Below, piece after piece: positions 29,041 to 43,874 of a stretch of 64,000 bases of DNA; positions within the stretch are counted from its first letter, which is position 1, and each line of letters begins with the position of its first letter. Position numbers and translations under genes: made by a program. The notes beneath the pieces are model-generated. The model saw only the letters and a program-made list of their open reading frames with translations, had not been told where the DNA came from and ran no database searches. The DNA is from Chrysomallon squamiferum (Eukaryota; Animalia; Mollusca), in contig CM022668.1 in NCBI GenBank assembly GCA_012295275.1, positions 3,658,001-3,722,000 of the forward strand, given 5' to 3'.

Positions 29041-29607
29041 ATAAAGAGAGATATATTACTAGTAATATCTGGAAAATTAATATATAGTTAGTTATACGAA
29101 CAGCTAATGCTAATACTCAGAAGATATCACTTCTACGGTAAAGAGGACTAAATAAACAAGTCAGATTGTGTTACTATATGCTGAGTTACTGATAGTGCAG
29201 CTGCCAAAACAATTTGGTTAAGAAATTTGTTAAATAAAAACACAACACGTGTGAATTTGGAGCATGAAAGTCATTATAGTTGTTGGTATAGACACAGAAA
29301 AACAAACATCCTGTCTCACATGTATCAACACATAGTTTAATATGGAGTATTTAAACACAGTCCGCATACATTCCTGTAAACATACGCCCACACATACTCA
29401 TATTCATATGTACATACATACATACATACTACATACATACACACACACACCCACACATACATAAATATATAGATACATATAATACATAATTGCGAATGTC
29501 AGGTTTCCCATAAAAAGAGGATGCACGCAAAAATGAGGAAAGACAAAGAACGGCGTGTTTCGTGGCAATCGATGATTACCGAGCAACTTTTATTTTAAGT
29601 TTGTTTT

Positions 29608-29799
29608 GATGGCCGAATAGTAATGTTGGTCCGCCTTCGGAGTGCGAGCGAATGGGTGCCATACGTTCCAGTCTCGTCAGCGGAATCTGACGGGTTGAAC
29701 TGGGTCCTCCTGCGCCAGTGCGTTCTTGAATATTGTCTATGTGTAGAGTCTATTCAGACGTACATAAGACAGAGAATATTCAAAATCCTAAACTACATA
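29608..29799 (+). mobile_element. Putative tRNA-derived SINE-like element
   Basis: GC-rich island with an A-box-like TGGCCGAATAG (29610-29620) and a B-box-like GTTCCAGTC (29665-29673), each one mismatch from consensus. The 3' ~70 bp recurs at 49129-49198. Confidence 0.5.
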
Positions 29800-29837
29800 A
29801 TGTATAGAAAAATGTGTATTGTTTTAACAAAGAGATG

Positions 29838-30339
<502 letters not shown>

Positions 30340-32080
30340 ACAACAACGGAAGTCACTGACTTAAAATTAGAATAAAATAACTGTAAACACTGATAGTGAG
30401 ATTAAATGTTTCATTAAGACTCTAATATCAGTGACTGTCTTTTGGTATTAACAATTTTTATTTGTACGGAACCAATGGCAGCTGTTTTAAGTGTCTGGTA
30501 TTTACACCTGTCTTGCTGATAGACACAGACTGATACCTGCGCAGTGCGTGCCACCAGCATGAATAACCTTCTGCTGGAAAATTGATTTTTGTACTTGGTA
30601 TGGGTGCTTTAACATAGATGAACCCATACTGTCTGTCTGCAGACAATTAATTATTTTATTATTACTACAAATCATCAGGTCTACTGAAGTGAATATTGCT
30701 ACAAGTGTGTTTTTATGTTTGTGTGTGTGTGTGTAATTTATACACAACAAAAACAGTCTCATCTAAAATCTAAAAATCACTCATCCGATTTTTCCTTCTT
30801 GGTTAACTATAGCAGAAAGGCGATGTAAAAAAATAAAAATAAAAATAAATAAAAAGTCAAACAAAAGATAAATCTGTCAGATGATAATATAATGTGTTTA
30901 TGGTTTCGGAAATCGAAGTACACGAACTTAATGTTCTGGATTTAAAAATGAGAAAGAAAATAAATAAAATGTGTAGCGGGTTATATTTATAATGTAGATT
31001 GTAATAGAACGATACAGAACACATGAATGGTAAAAGTTGGAGGTAAATAAAATAAGAATATTGAAATTATTTGTAAAAATGAAATGTGCGAGTGGATACT
31101 CTTTAATTGAAGAGAAAAAAGTTTCATATTTCAAAATCTTTTTAACATTTTGTTTTCCTTCTGGAAATAAAATAATAAAAATAACTGTTGTTGTTGTTGT
31201 TTTGTTATTTTTAACCCATTTTTGTCTCGGTTTACACACACACACTCACACACACACGCGCGCGTTCACACTTACGTACATACATATTCTTCCTTGTACA
31301 ATTGTATGGATGTATTTACAAAGATAGACTGATATTTCATTGAGAAACACATCTGTAATGAACCTGTCTATCCAAACACCCAGTCATCAACCACACATCT
31401 GTATTTTCACGTCTCCATCTTTACAGGAAGATCATATAATGACGATGATAAATATAATGATCATGGTAATCATGGTGATGATGATGATGATTATGATGAT
31501 GATCAAAATGGTTTTGTGAATGGAAGTGAAGAAATGAAAGATGATGGTAAATTCAATTTTAAAATAAATAAGTTAAAATACGAACCCCTCTCGAAATCTG
31601 CCCAATCATCAATTACACTACTACTTCAGAATACCTTTTTTGTAAAATCTCACACTACTACTTCAGAATACCATTTTTGTAAAATCTCTGAATTAACAAG
31701 ATTATCTGTTTATGCAAGAAAACCTAACTAATACGTCTTTGAAATAAATTATCTCGGAGAACAAATAATTCCATGATTTCTATTACGTAAAATTAATTAC
31801 TACATTTAAACTTAGGTGATGGAATTACCAACCAGCTTCCAGTTTCAAGGCAAACTTTACACCCGGCGATCAATAAACTGATAAACATTGTCTGATCCAC
31901 GTCGTTCTAAATTTGAAACCCAATGTTTTGGTTTGAAGAAAGGTTATTGATACTAGTTACAGAAACAAGTCAAATTAATTGAAATAAATGTTAACAGATT
32001 TTGGCAATGAACAGATCTGACAAAGGCTGAAGGAAACAAATCTACCAAGAACTCCCCCCACAATACCCCACAAAACTCCT

Positions 32081-32147
<67 letters not shown>

Positions 32148-32401
32148 TACAACAAAAAAAAAAAAATGTAAGAAATTGGAAATCATGTATGCATGTTACA
32201 CATAATTATAAGTATGTAGGTTTGTTTTTGTATGTACGCACGTATGTATGCATTTATGTATATATGTATTTATGGATGTATACGTATGTGTATGTATGAT
32301 GTGAGTATATATATATATATATATATATAGGTGCATGCGTGCGTGTGTATGTGTATATGTGTATATGTGTATGTATGTGTATTTAGAAAACTTCAGTTTA
32401 C

Positions 32402-32474
32402 CTAAGGCTTCAGCTTCTCCTAACAGCAGATAAAAACACGAGAGGACCAGTAGCAGGGTAAACCCGACTTGCAT
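32402..32474 (-). CDS. Probable signal-peptide exon of the nAChR-like subunit, splicing to exon B
   Basis: MQVGFTLLLVLSCFYLLLGEAEAL has a hydrophobic core and an A-x-A cleavage motif. Donor TTAG|GTAAAC is phase 1, and G + AT from exon B gives Asp in frame. In-frame TGA upstream at 32490-32492. Acceptor TGTTTCAG at 32500-32499 puts the exon at 32402-32498 including 5'UTR. The link to exon B is inferred from phase and function. Confidence 0.72.
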
Positions 32475-32490
32475 CTTCAGCCATTGAAGT

Positions 32491-32574
32491 CAATGAATCT
32501 GAAACAGATAACAATAATGTAACTAATTACCTCAATGAATCTGAAACAGATAACAATAATGTAACTAATTACCT
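32491..32574. repeat. Exact 42-bp tandem duplication spanning the splice acceptor of the signal-peptide exon
   Basis: CAATGAATCTGAAACAGATAACAATAATGTAACTAATTACCT occurs at 32491-32532 and 32533-32574. Confidence 0.95.
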
Positions 32575-33482
32575 CAGTCAACATCATAATTATAGATATC
32601 TACAATTTGTTATGACAGTCGTTACAAACAATAACAATCACACACACACGCACACACACATGAACACACACCCGCACACAGATACAGACATACACATAAA
32701 TGTTCCCAACCGAAAAAAATGTCAGAAAAAAATAAAATAATAATAATAATAAAATAAAATATAACATTAAATGTAATATTTTTGTAATGAAAGAACAATA
32801 GATCGTAACGCTAGATCGTCAGACGAAGAATGCCTGCAGAGTTAGCTCCCCTAGGCTACGAACTCTTCTCATGAAAATGGAAGATTATTAGACTTTTCGT
32901 CTGGCATGAAATGAAATTCTTTTTCATCTCTCTCTCTCTCTCTCGTTCTTTCTCTCTTATTACACTCTGCTATATTAAGCATATAAAAAGTCAAAAAAGA
33001 TTATAAAAGTAAAGAGAAACAAGTTAAATATATATATATATGTGTGTGTGTGTGGATGTGGGTGGGTGGGTGTGTATGTATATATAGGTTTCTTTGATAA
33101 ATGCCTAATGCATTTGCGGAGGCAAAAGAAAAATAATTGAATAAAGAAAATAAAATGATATAAAATAACGAAAAACACAGAACTAAAGTAACTTGTATCT
33201 CATAAAACGTACATTAAGGCATAAAGTTACAGGATCCCTGCTTGTTTTATCAATAAAAAGTAATTAAACTTTAATAAACGTCCAGCTGAGAAGACGTTAT
33301 TTGACACGGAAGAGACAAGCAAAACAAAATCAGTTTCAGTGTAATAATCAGTTAATGAAAATTCAAATATGTGACTGCTAAGTGAAGTCGATTTAGTGTA
33401 CTGAGTACGATACATGAAGCTATCTAACTTAAACAGTTATTATCATCATACATACATACACACATACACACACATACATATA

Positions 33483-33536
<54 letters not shown>

Positions 33537-34309
33537 TACATAGACACCTACACACATATACACACATACAAATACGTTTACACGTACACATACATAGAGT
33601 GAGAGATAGACAGAAGAAAGACAAAGACAGAAAGAAAGAAAAACAGAGACAACAAGAATTTAAAAAGAGGATAGCGAGGGAAAAACTCGTCTGTTTCATT
33701 AAATGCGGTGGACCAAGTAATCTCGGTGTAAACCCCTTTTTTTTATGTCATTACCATAATCAACTTACTTTCCAAAATGAATAGTGTTTTAGATACACAT
33801 TATTCAAATTTAATATGCATTTCTCATACAACTCTTTGAATAATATTTCATATAACTGAATCACTGCTGATGAATGAGTTGTGCTCGTGGTAAACTGTGT
33901 GACGTTTGTGAACAAGTGGCTCACTGAGTTCTCGCCACGGACGTCATTCTCCGGTCCCAAGTGCAGAGATAAAAACACTTGACCAGTACCAAACATAAAC
34001 TGTACTTTTCTCACTGGTGACGAATGGGTCTATAGACCAAAGACAGTAATTATGTAAAACACAGATAGGAAATTGAATCAGTGGAGACAGTGGAATCTCG
34101 CTCTATCTGTTAAGACATCGCTCCGCTTTCAAAAATCTGTCTCGGTTTCCACGCAGAAATAATTGATGGATTAGAAAGACGGGCCATCGCTCGGCGGCTG
34201 CTGTGCCAGAAACAGAAAGATTCTGTGTACGTCCTATCACTTCCGTCCATTTAACAACCTTCTGTGTCTACCTTTACCGAGGAAATAAGTAATTTAGTAT
34301 CACAGCGTC

Positions 34310-35290
34310 GAATTTATTATAGCAGTAATGTGATATTATTTATAATTTAACAAAGTATAATAAACACGTTAGTATAGCAGTAATATAACTCAGAATTTAA
34401 TATAGTAACATAATCTACACTTTAATATAGAAGTAATATAACATATAATTTAGTATAGTGTGATAATAAACACATTATTATAGAAGTAATGTACTTAACA
34501 GAGTAGTAGTATAATTTATAGTTTAATATAGTAACATAATATATAATTCAGTATCAAATAATGCAATAGTAATATATTATATGATTTAGTGTTATAGTAA
34601 TATATAAATTAATATACATGTTCTAATATTTTAGTAATGAACGATATAAATGAAGATATAATTATCACATATAACATGTAATTTAATACAGCAGTAATAT
34701 AAACATTTGTAATTTAGTGTTATAGTGATATAATTAAATATTTAATACAGTGGTAATATAATATATATTTTATTGTTCTAGTAATATATAATTTAATATT
34801 AAAGGATTATAATACTGTAGTAATATAACATAATTAAATGCACACACACACACACACATATATTTACATATATATATATTTATAGATAGATAGATAGATA
34901 TAACATTTTCTACTGCTGTAATATAATATATAATTTAATATTGTAGTATTATAGTATATAATTTAGTATTATTGTAATATAATTTAATAATGCAGTATCC
35001 ATGTTATAATAATTCAGATTATATTGTAGTAATATAGTACACAACTTAGTATTGTAATAATATAATACAGTAAGTGGTATTATAATATTTAGTAGTTTAG
35101 TGCTTATGTAATTGTAAGGAATATTCTAACGGTATGATATATTATGGTAATAGCACGATATATAGTAACTGAATTGTGTATGGTAACAGAATGGTAACAG
35201 TATTATAGTGTGTAACTGTATGGTATGTTATGTCCTGTGACGTGAGATGATGTATAATAAAATGTGACAGGATTATGTTTTGTATAACAT
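34310..35290. repeat. Extremely AT-rich low-complexity region (degenerate TAGTAATATAA-like units)
   Basis: Recurrent AGTAATATAA/ATTTAATA words with no exact period. Confidence 0.7.
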
Positions 35291-36319
35291 ATTAAATTAT
35301 GATAAAGCAAACTATAATAATTATAATTACCTATATTACAACATAACGTTTGTGTCTACTAATTTAACCAGTCTGAATGTTACTAAATTTATAATCAATG
35401 ACGTTTTAATTACCTGAACACAAGTCTCATCTGTCTTTTGACGAGAAAAAACTACAACAACACTCCACAAAAATAACTTTTATCACTTTAATATTTGTTC
35501 CTGAATATGTAAATACATAAAAATGTGAAGAAAAAAAACAACAAGAGAAAAAACAACATTTGCCTATCTTCAGGAATTTATATATATTAGTGATAATTAT
35601 TTTTGAGATAAATTATGTATTATTCGGCCATAATATTTTTATTGCATCACCAAATATGTAATGGGTAACTGTTGTATCATAAATTATTATGTGATAAGAT
35701 ATAAATATTGTGACACAACAATATATATTTTGTGATAAAAATTATTACACTAGTTTCACAAGGCTTTTATATACAAATTAATAAATACAGAATATGTAAT
35801 GTATCACATTTATTTCAAATCTTTAAAATACTTCATCTGTTACAGCTGGAAGATAAACATTTCATGCCAAACAGTAAATATTTAACATCTGTTTGAAATG
35901 GATATCAGCAATTAAACATTCACTCGATAAACTCTTCTCATTTCTTCTAACAACTCAAAATTTCTTAACAAATACTACATTCTGGCTCGCTTCAAGATAA
36001 GATAAGTTGAAGAAATCTATTTTCGTCTAATATTTTATAAAAAGAAATATCTATGAAATGATCGGCGACAATGAAAATTAAGGTAAAAGTATAAACAGTT
36101 CAGGGAAGCAAGTCTTTACACATTTACGAGTACGTAAAGAGAGCAGTACGGTAAGTTCGGTTCGAATACACCAGTTTACCCAGGTCATTCCGCTGTAAAT
36201 GATCGAACATGTATTTAGCGACTGATTAATGTATTAATATCTTACAGTATTATACTCTACTTAGAGGTTTTAAATTTTCATAATTTATTCAATAATATTT
36301 TGTTTTGTATTAAATAATT

Positions 36320-36577
<258 letters not shown>

Positions 36578-37048
36578 GTTACTTAAATGGTTAGTCTGGA
36601 GTTCTAAAGGAGAATCCCAAATGCCGTCCCTAATAAAACTTGTAAATTGTAATAACGGTGAATTCCAGTTGACTTGTATTTCCAACATACCCGTTTAACT
36701 CGAGCTAAAACGTTAAAACAGTCCAGAACACATCACATACGCTGAGTGAGGCATAATGAAATAAGAAGTCAGTTAAACGGAAGAAATGGTAGATGTGCAA
36801 ACATTTGTCAGACATGAAGCAATTGTTACCCACATAACGTAAAATCACATTTGACGGAGCAACTAGCCAAAAGTTAATAAAAAAAATGGTCCCAGTAGAT
36901 CATGAGAGATATTGCATGTGACATGACCCTCAAAATTAAATTATCTGAAATCGATTTTGCGCATTCGAATATCTGACTATGAAAGATGGAAATAAGAAAG
37001 GTTATGTAATAAGGGGTAACAGCTGACAAAGTAAATTAAAGTAGTCTT

Positions 37049-37946
<898 letters not shown>

Positions 37947-37960
37947 ATCTCTCTCTCTCT

Positions 37961-38026
<66 letters not shown>

Positions 38027-38131
38027 GTCTCTCTCTCTCAATCTCAATCTCTCTCAGTCTCTCTCTCTCTGTCTGTCTCTCTCTCAATAATCTCTCTCTC
38101 AATCTCTCTCTCCCTCAATCTCTCTCTCCCT

Positions 38132-38199
<68 letters not shown>

Positions 38200-38944
38200 C
38201 TCTCTCTCAATCTCAATCTCTCTCAGTCTCTCTCTCTCTCTGTCTGTCTCTCTCTCAATCTCTCTCTCTCTCTTCTCTCTCTGTCTCTCTCTCAATCTCT
38301 CTCTTCTCTCTCTCTCTCTCTCTCCTTCAATCTCTGTCTCAATCTCTCTCTCCTTCAATCTCTGTCTCAATCTCTCTCTTCAATCTCTCTCAATCTCTCT
38401 CTCTCAATCTCTCTCCCAATCTATCTCAATCTCTCTCTCAATCTGTCGTTCTCTCTCTCAATCTTTCTCTTTCTCTCTCAGTCTCTCTCTCTCAATATCT
38501 CTCTCAATATCTCTCTCTCTCTCTTTCTCTCTCAATCTCTCTCTCTCAATATCTCTCTCTCAATATCTCTCTCAATCTCTCTCTCCTAATCTCTCTCTCA
38601 ATTTCTCTCTTTCAATCTCTCTTTCTCAATCTCTCTCTCTCAATCTCTCTCTCTGTCTCTCTCATAATCTCTCTCTCCTTCAATCTCTGTCTCAATCTCT
38701 CTCTCTCAATCTCTCTCTCCCAATCTATCTCAATCTCTCTCTCTCAATCTGTCGTTCTCTCTCTCAATCTGTCGTTCTCTTTCTCAATCTGTCGTTCTCT
38801 CTCTCAATCTTTCTCTTTCTCTCTCAGTCTCTCTCTCAATATCTCTCTCTCAATCTCTCTCTCAATATCTCTCTCAATATCTCTCTCTCAATCTTTCTCT
38901 CTCAATCTCCCTCTCTCTCAGTCTCTCTCTCAATCTCTCTCTCT

Positions 38945-39038
<94 letters not shown>

Positions 39039-39060
39039 GTCTGTCTGTCTGTCTCTGTAT
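37947..39060. repeat. ~1.1 kb complex polypyrimidine satellite: (CT)n punctuated by CAAT
   Basis: Continuous CTCTCTCAAT-type variants. This is the source of the spurious 234-aa and 382-aa Ser/Leu ORFs. Confidence 0.95.
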
Positions 39061-40742
39061 CTCAGTATCGATACAAATCTGAAATCAACTTATATGAATA
39101 TAATTTATTTCCTTATCTGTTGCTATCTGTTGTTTTCTGTTGCTATACGTTGCTATCTGTTTGTTGTGTTAGTATGCTGATGTCGTTAGTACAATTTTTG
39201 AATTAACTGAAATATGTGAATTTATCTTTAGCACGATGAAATACCTTTTTAGAAGGTAAACTAAAACGATTTTCATTATAAGGGGGGGGGGAAGAAGGAA
39301 GAAACTAGTCAAAGAACAATTTATATCAATCTATTTTATTAAAAGATTTTTTCTTCTTTTAGTTTTTCTTTAATTTGTTTATTTTTCTTTCATTCTGTTG
39401 TGTTTTTTGTTAGGTTAATAATGAATCGTGTTCACTGTGGTCTGGCACATTTGACACGAGCACACATCAAACTGTCCACTTCAAGAAGAAAGACATAATT
39501 GAAAGTTTAAATAATTGTATCTTTCAACTAGGCTTGCCTTCCTCTTACTTTAGAACTCTCCTTGGTGCATCCATTTGACTATTTCTTTCGGCATCATTGT
39601 GTTTTGGTTTTCAGTTTTTTAAACTGTTTTCCTGTTCATGGGAAGGCGCGAATAAAAGAAAGATCTGTTTCTTGAGCAACTCGTTCAGTGGCTGCGGTTA
39701 AAAGATTGCTCGGGGATCAGGTGAATATTTCAGATTATTGTTTAATAAGAAAATGTATTTTATTATCTAAATAGCACAAATGCGTTTTGTGACATTTGCT
39801 GTAAACATACCTCGGGTTAGTAGTCACTCATATGTTACAAAATCGATGACAAAAAAAAAAAAAAAAATAAAAAAAAAAAAATAATAATAAAAATAAATAA
39901 ATAAATAAATAATAAGAAAAAATAAAAAATAAAAGTAATAATAATTATAATAATAATAACAAAAATTATGAATTAAGAACGCTGAAGAAATACATTTTTA
40001 TATTGAACTATTAAACGTTTTAGTAGTAATAACTAGTAGTAGTAGTAGTAGTGGCAGTAATAATAACAATGTTGGTAGTGTTAGTAGTAATAGTAGTAGC
40101 AACAGCAGTAGTAAAAGTAGCAGCATTAACCAAAAATCAAATATATATATATATAAAACCAAACAAACAAAAACAAACCCAAAAAAAAAAAAAAAAAAAA
40201 AAAAACCTGACTGGTACTTTTTTTCTATCACATACTGAAACACAGAGACGCAACACGTCTAGAAATTTCATGCATATTCTCTCACTTACAGGGGAAGCTA
40301 TAACGTCGAGAACGGACACGTTGGTAATGAATTAAATGATTGCCTGATACAAAGCAATAAATACGTTTGCCAGTTTTCTGTTTAGTACACCAGTTGAATT
40401 GTAAGCAAGTCGACTTCGATGCACCTAAGTGGCGATTTTGTTTTGAGAACTCTGGGTGAGATGGATTGATAGTTAATGGGCAGGTATACTTAGAATATTT
40501 CTTAAAAGACTGGTAGACATTTGTTTTTGTGAAGAGCCATTTGGAACGGGTATTTAGCAGAGATATTAAATATATTTATAGAAAATATTTTGATAACAAT
40601 AATATTTATTAATTTATAAATCGACTTCGTGTCGACAAACACAAGGAAAGTAATTAAAATTATTTCTTCTTCTACTTAAATAATTTCTCCTGCGAGGATA
40701 AACTACTTTAAAGCAACGCCGTTCACCTTCACGTTTGCCCTC

Positions 40743-41776
40743 ACTTCCAGGAACTTTGGTTTACAATAAGAATGTCCATTCACACGACAAGCTAAGTTTT
40801 TCCATACTTCCAGGAACTTTGGTTTACAATAAGAATGTCCATTCACACGACAAGCTAAGTTTTTCCATACTTCCAGTAACTTTGGTTTACAATAAGAATG
40901 TCCATTCACACGACAAGCTAAGTTTTTCCATACTTCCAGTAACTTTGGTTTACAATAAGAATGTCCATTCACACGACAAGCTAAGTTTTTCCATACTTCC
41001 AGTAACTTTGGTTTACAATAAGAATGTCCATTCACACGACAAGCTAAGTTTTTCCATACTTCCAGTAACTTTGGTTTACAATAAGAATGTCCATTCACAC
41101 GACAAGCTAAGTTTTTCCATACTTCCAGTAACTTTGGTTTAAAATAAGAATGTCCATTCACACGACAAGCTAAGTTTTTCCATACTTCCAGTAACTTTGG
41201 TTTACAATAAGAATGTCCATTCACACGACAAGCTAAGTTTTTCCATACTTCCAGTAACTTTGGTTTACAATAAGAATGTCCATTCACACGACAAGCTAAG
41301 TTTTTCCATACTTCCAGTAACTTTGGTTTACAATAAGAATGTCCATTCACACGACAAGCTAAGTTTTTCCATACTTCCAGTAACTTTGGTTTAAAATAAG
41401 AATGTCCATTCACACGACAAGCTAAGTTTTTCCATACTTCCAGTAACTTTGGTTTTTGTCCATTCACACGACAAGCTAAGTTTTTCCATACTTCCAGTAA
41501 CTTTGGTTTACAATAAGAATGTCCATTCACACGACAAGCTAAGTTTTTCCATACTTCCAGTAACTTTGGTTTACAATAAGAATGTCCATTCACACGACAA
41601 GCTAAGTTTTTCCATACTTCCAGTAACTTTGGTTTACAATAAGAATGTCCATTCACACGACAAGCTAAGTTTTTCCATACTTCCAGTAACTTTGGTTTAC
41701 AATAAGAATGTCCATTCACACGACAAGCTAAGTTTTTCCATACTTCCAGTAACTTTGGTTTAAAATAAGAATGTCT
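40743..41776. repeat. 63-bp minisatellite, 16 full copies plus a partial copy
   Basis: Unit TACTTCCAGTAACTTTGGTTTACAATAAGAATGTCCATTCACACGACAAGCTAAGTTTTTCCA. Copies are near-identical; one copy near 41455 has a 9-bp deletion. Confidence 0.97.
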
Positions 41777-43874
41777 AGTCAAACAACAAACTATGACTGT
41801 CTCAAGGTCTCTCGACGCAATCGGTTTGATGACGCGCTATATCAGACAGAAATCGTACGACAGTAACTGTGTGGTGAGAATATTACTCAGCATTCTCTTG
41901 ATGTTAGTTAACAAAATCAAAGGAAATAATTCCACAGTGTGAAATTTGATGTTTGAAAAGCGCATGCAGACTAAACAAAGTAAAAGTAAAGATGCGCGGT
42001 GTGATAAGATTTCCACTTTACGTCTCAGTCGCATCCATTAACACTGCAACGTTTTCATGAATCGACGGCTGCTGCATATCACATTTTCATGAAGTCAGAT
42101 TTGCTAAAATATTATATCAATACAGAGAAATTCACTTACCGCTAAATTTAGTTGTGTAAGATATAGATGATGTCACATTGTACATTAGCTGTTTCACTTT
42201 TACTGTGCGGCTTTGTAATGTACAGTAAACATAGTTTCAGTTTTATAATATATCTTATTTTTATATATTATTCGCATTTCTTAATACTGAAAATAATTTA
42301 ACTTTATAATTTTTACTATTGAATGTATTTTGTATAATACTTATATTTGATTGTACAGTAAACAATGAATTTATATTAATATTATTTTCAAATAGTTGTT
42401 ATCTAATCATTTGCAGTTGTTAGCAGTGTAACCAGAGATTCGTTTGTTGTATAAATTCATATATATTTATGTGTTCTATAACAATAACGTTTCACAGTGC
42501 AGTAACTTTATACATGAAATTATATTAACATTTTTGATGTATTACATTCACAATATGAAGTTTATTGTCAAAACTATTTCACAGCTGTTTCGTTTCATAG
42601 AAATACAATTGTCAATAACGCTTAATTCCTTCTTCTTGTGTAATGATTGCATTTCCTACTTGCCACTATACAAATCTACTTCTAAACTGATTTGAATTTA
42701 AAAAGGTAGACATAAAAGTTTTCTTTAAAAAGTTGACGTTGTACACGTAAAAGAGAAATATATTTTAATTAGAGATAAACTGTTCGTGACGTAATTTCCG
42801 TGGAAAGTACTGAAACTGATTATTTCAGTTGTCTGCCTGGCTTCTCATTCATGTTATTTTATTAATTTTAAAACTTTGAAACGATCAAGAATAAACAGGC
42901 TAAAAGCTTTTGTCATCGAAATGCCCAGATATAGTTTTATAGCCACTTAGTGAAACAATACGAGTCATATTGCTTTTGAATTGATGCATAATTATATAGA
43001 ATACATCATTTCACCCCTAAAAATAAATAATATTCATATTCTGAATTCCGTTCATCTTCTCAGAATAATAATAAAAACCCTAACTGTTGGAAAGGTATAT
43101 TTCGTGTGCTTTAATACAAACAAATAAACAAACAATAATTAAGTTAAAATAAATTGAAAAATAAGAAAAATAAATATTCTGTTACAGTAAGTTTGTGTGT
43201 GAGTGTCCTTTTTCCTGATTTCATAACAATAACAACAACAACAAAATAACAATAATAAGAATAAGAATACGAATAATAATAATAATAGCAGTTGCTGTTA
43301 CTGTTGTTGTTGTTGTTGATGTTGTTATAACAATATTATAATAATGATGATGATAGGTAACAAATACATCTTTGACAATACAAACATGAACGATTGAGTA
43401 GTAATATTTCTCTTCATAAATAATTCCTATAACGACCGATTTTCCTTCACTCATTCATGAACTGCTGTTTGTAGCAATGTCTGTGCGCAGAACTCTTAAA
43501 TTTTACTTTTATTCATTAAAAATAAAATGTATTTGTAAATATTATGTGATATATATTATATATGAAATTTACAAGCCAGGACGAGAAAATACGTTCATTA
43601 TTCCTAACAACATATGTGTATATATATAACACGATAAAAATGTTTGCGTTCACATAAAAACAAAACAAATAGAAGATTCAATCTATGGTTTTTATATCGG
43701 GGACGGAGGTGAGTGTTAACTCAGGAGGCTTAGTTAGAACAGAGAAGGAACTGCACTCTACTGAACCCAGCTTACTCACTGCAGCAGCGACAGCAGGTGA
43801 ATACAGCTACTCAACACTGACTCTGATGACATCACCACTGTTAGCATTAACATGTATGACTCTTTAGAAATCTT

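Noticed and set aside
29608-29680. tRNA gene
   Set aside because: A/B-box-like motifs are present, but I could not fold a cloverleaf and there is no oligo-T terminator. It fits a SINE head better.
40743-41776. CRISPR-like array
   Set aside because: Units are contiguous and near-identical with no unique spacers, no cas genes are present, and the context is eukaryotic.
41837-42034. ORF with a hydrophobic stretch as a third signal-peptide exon
   Set aside because: No phase-1 GT donor follows the hydrophobic segment.
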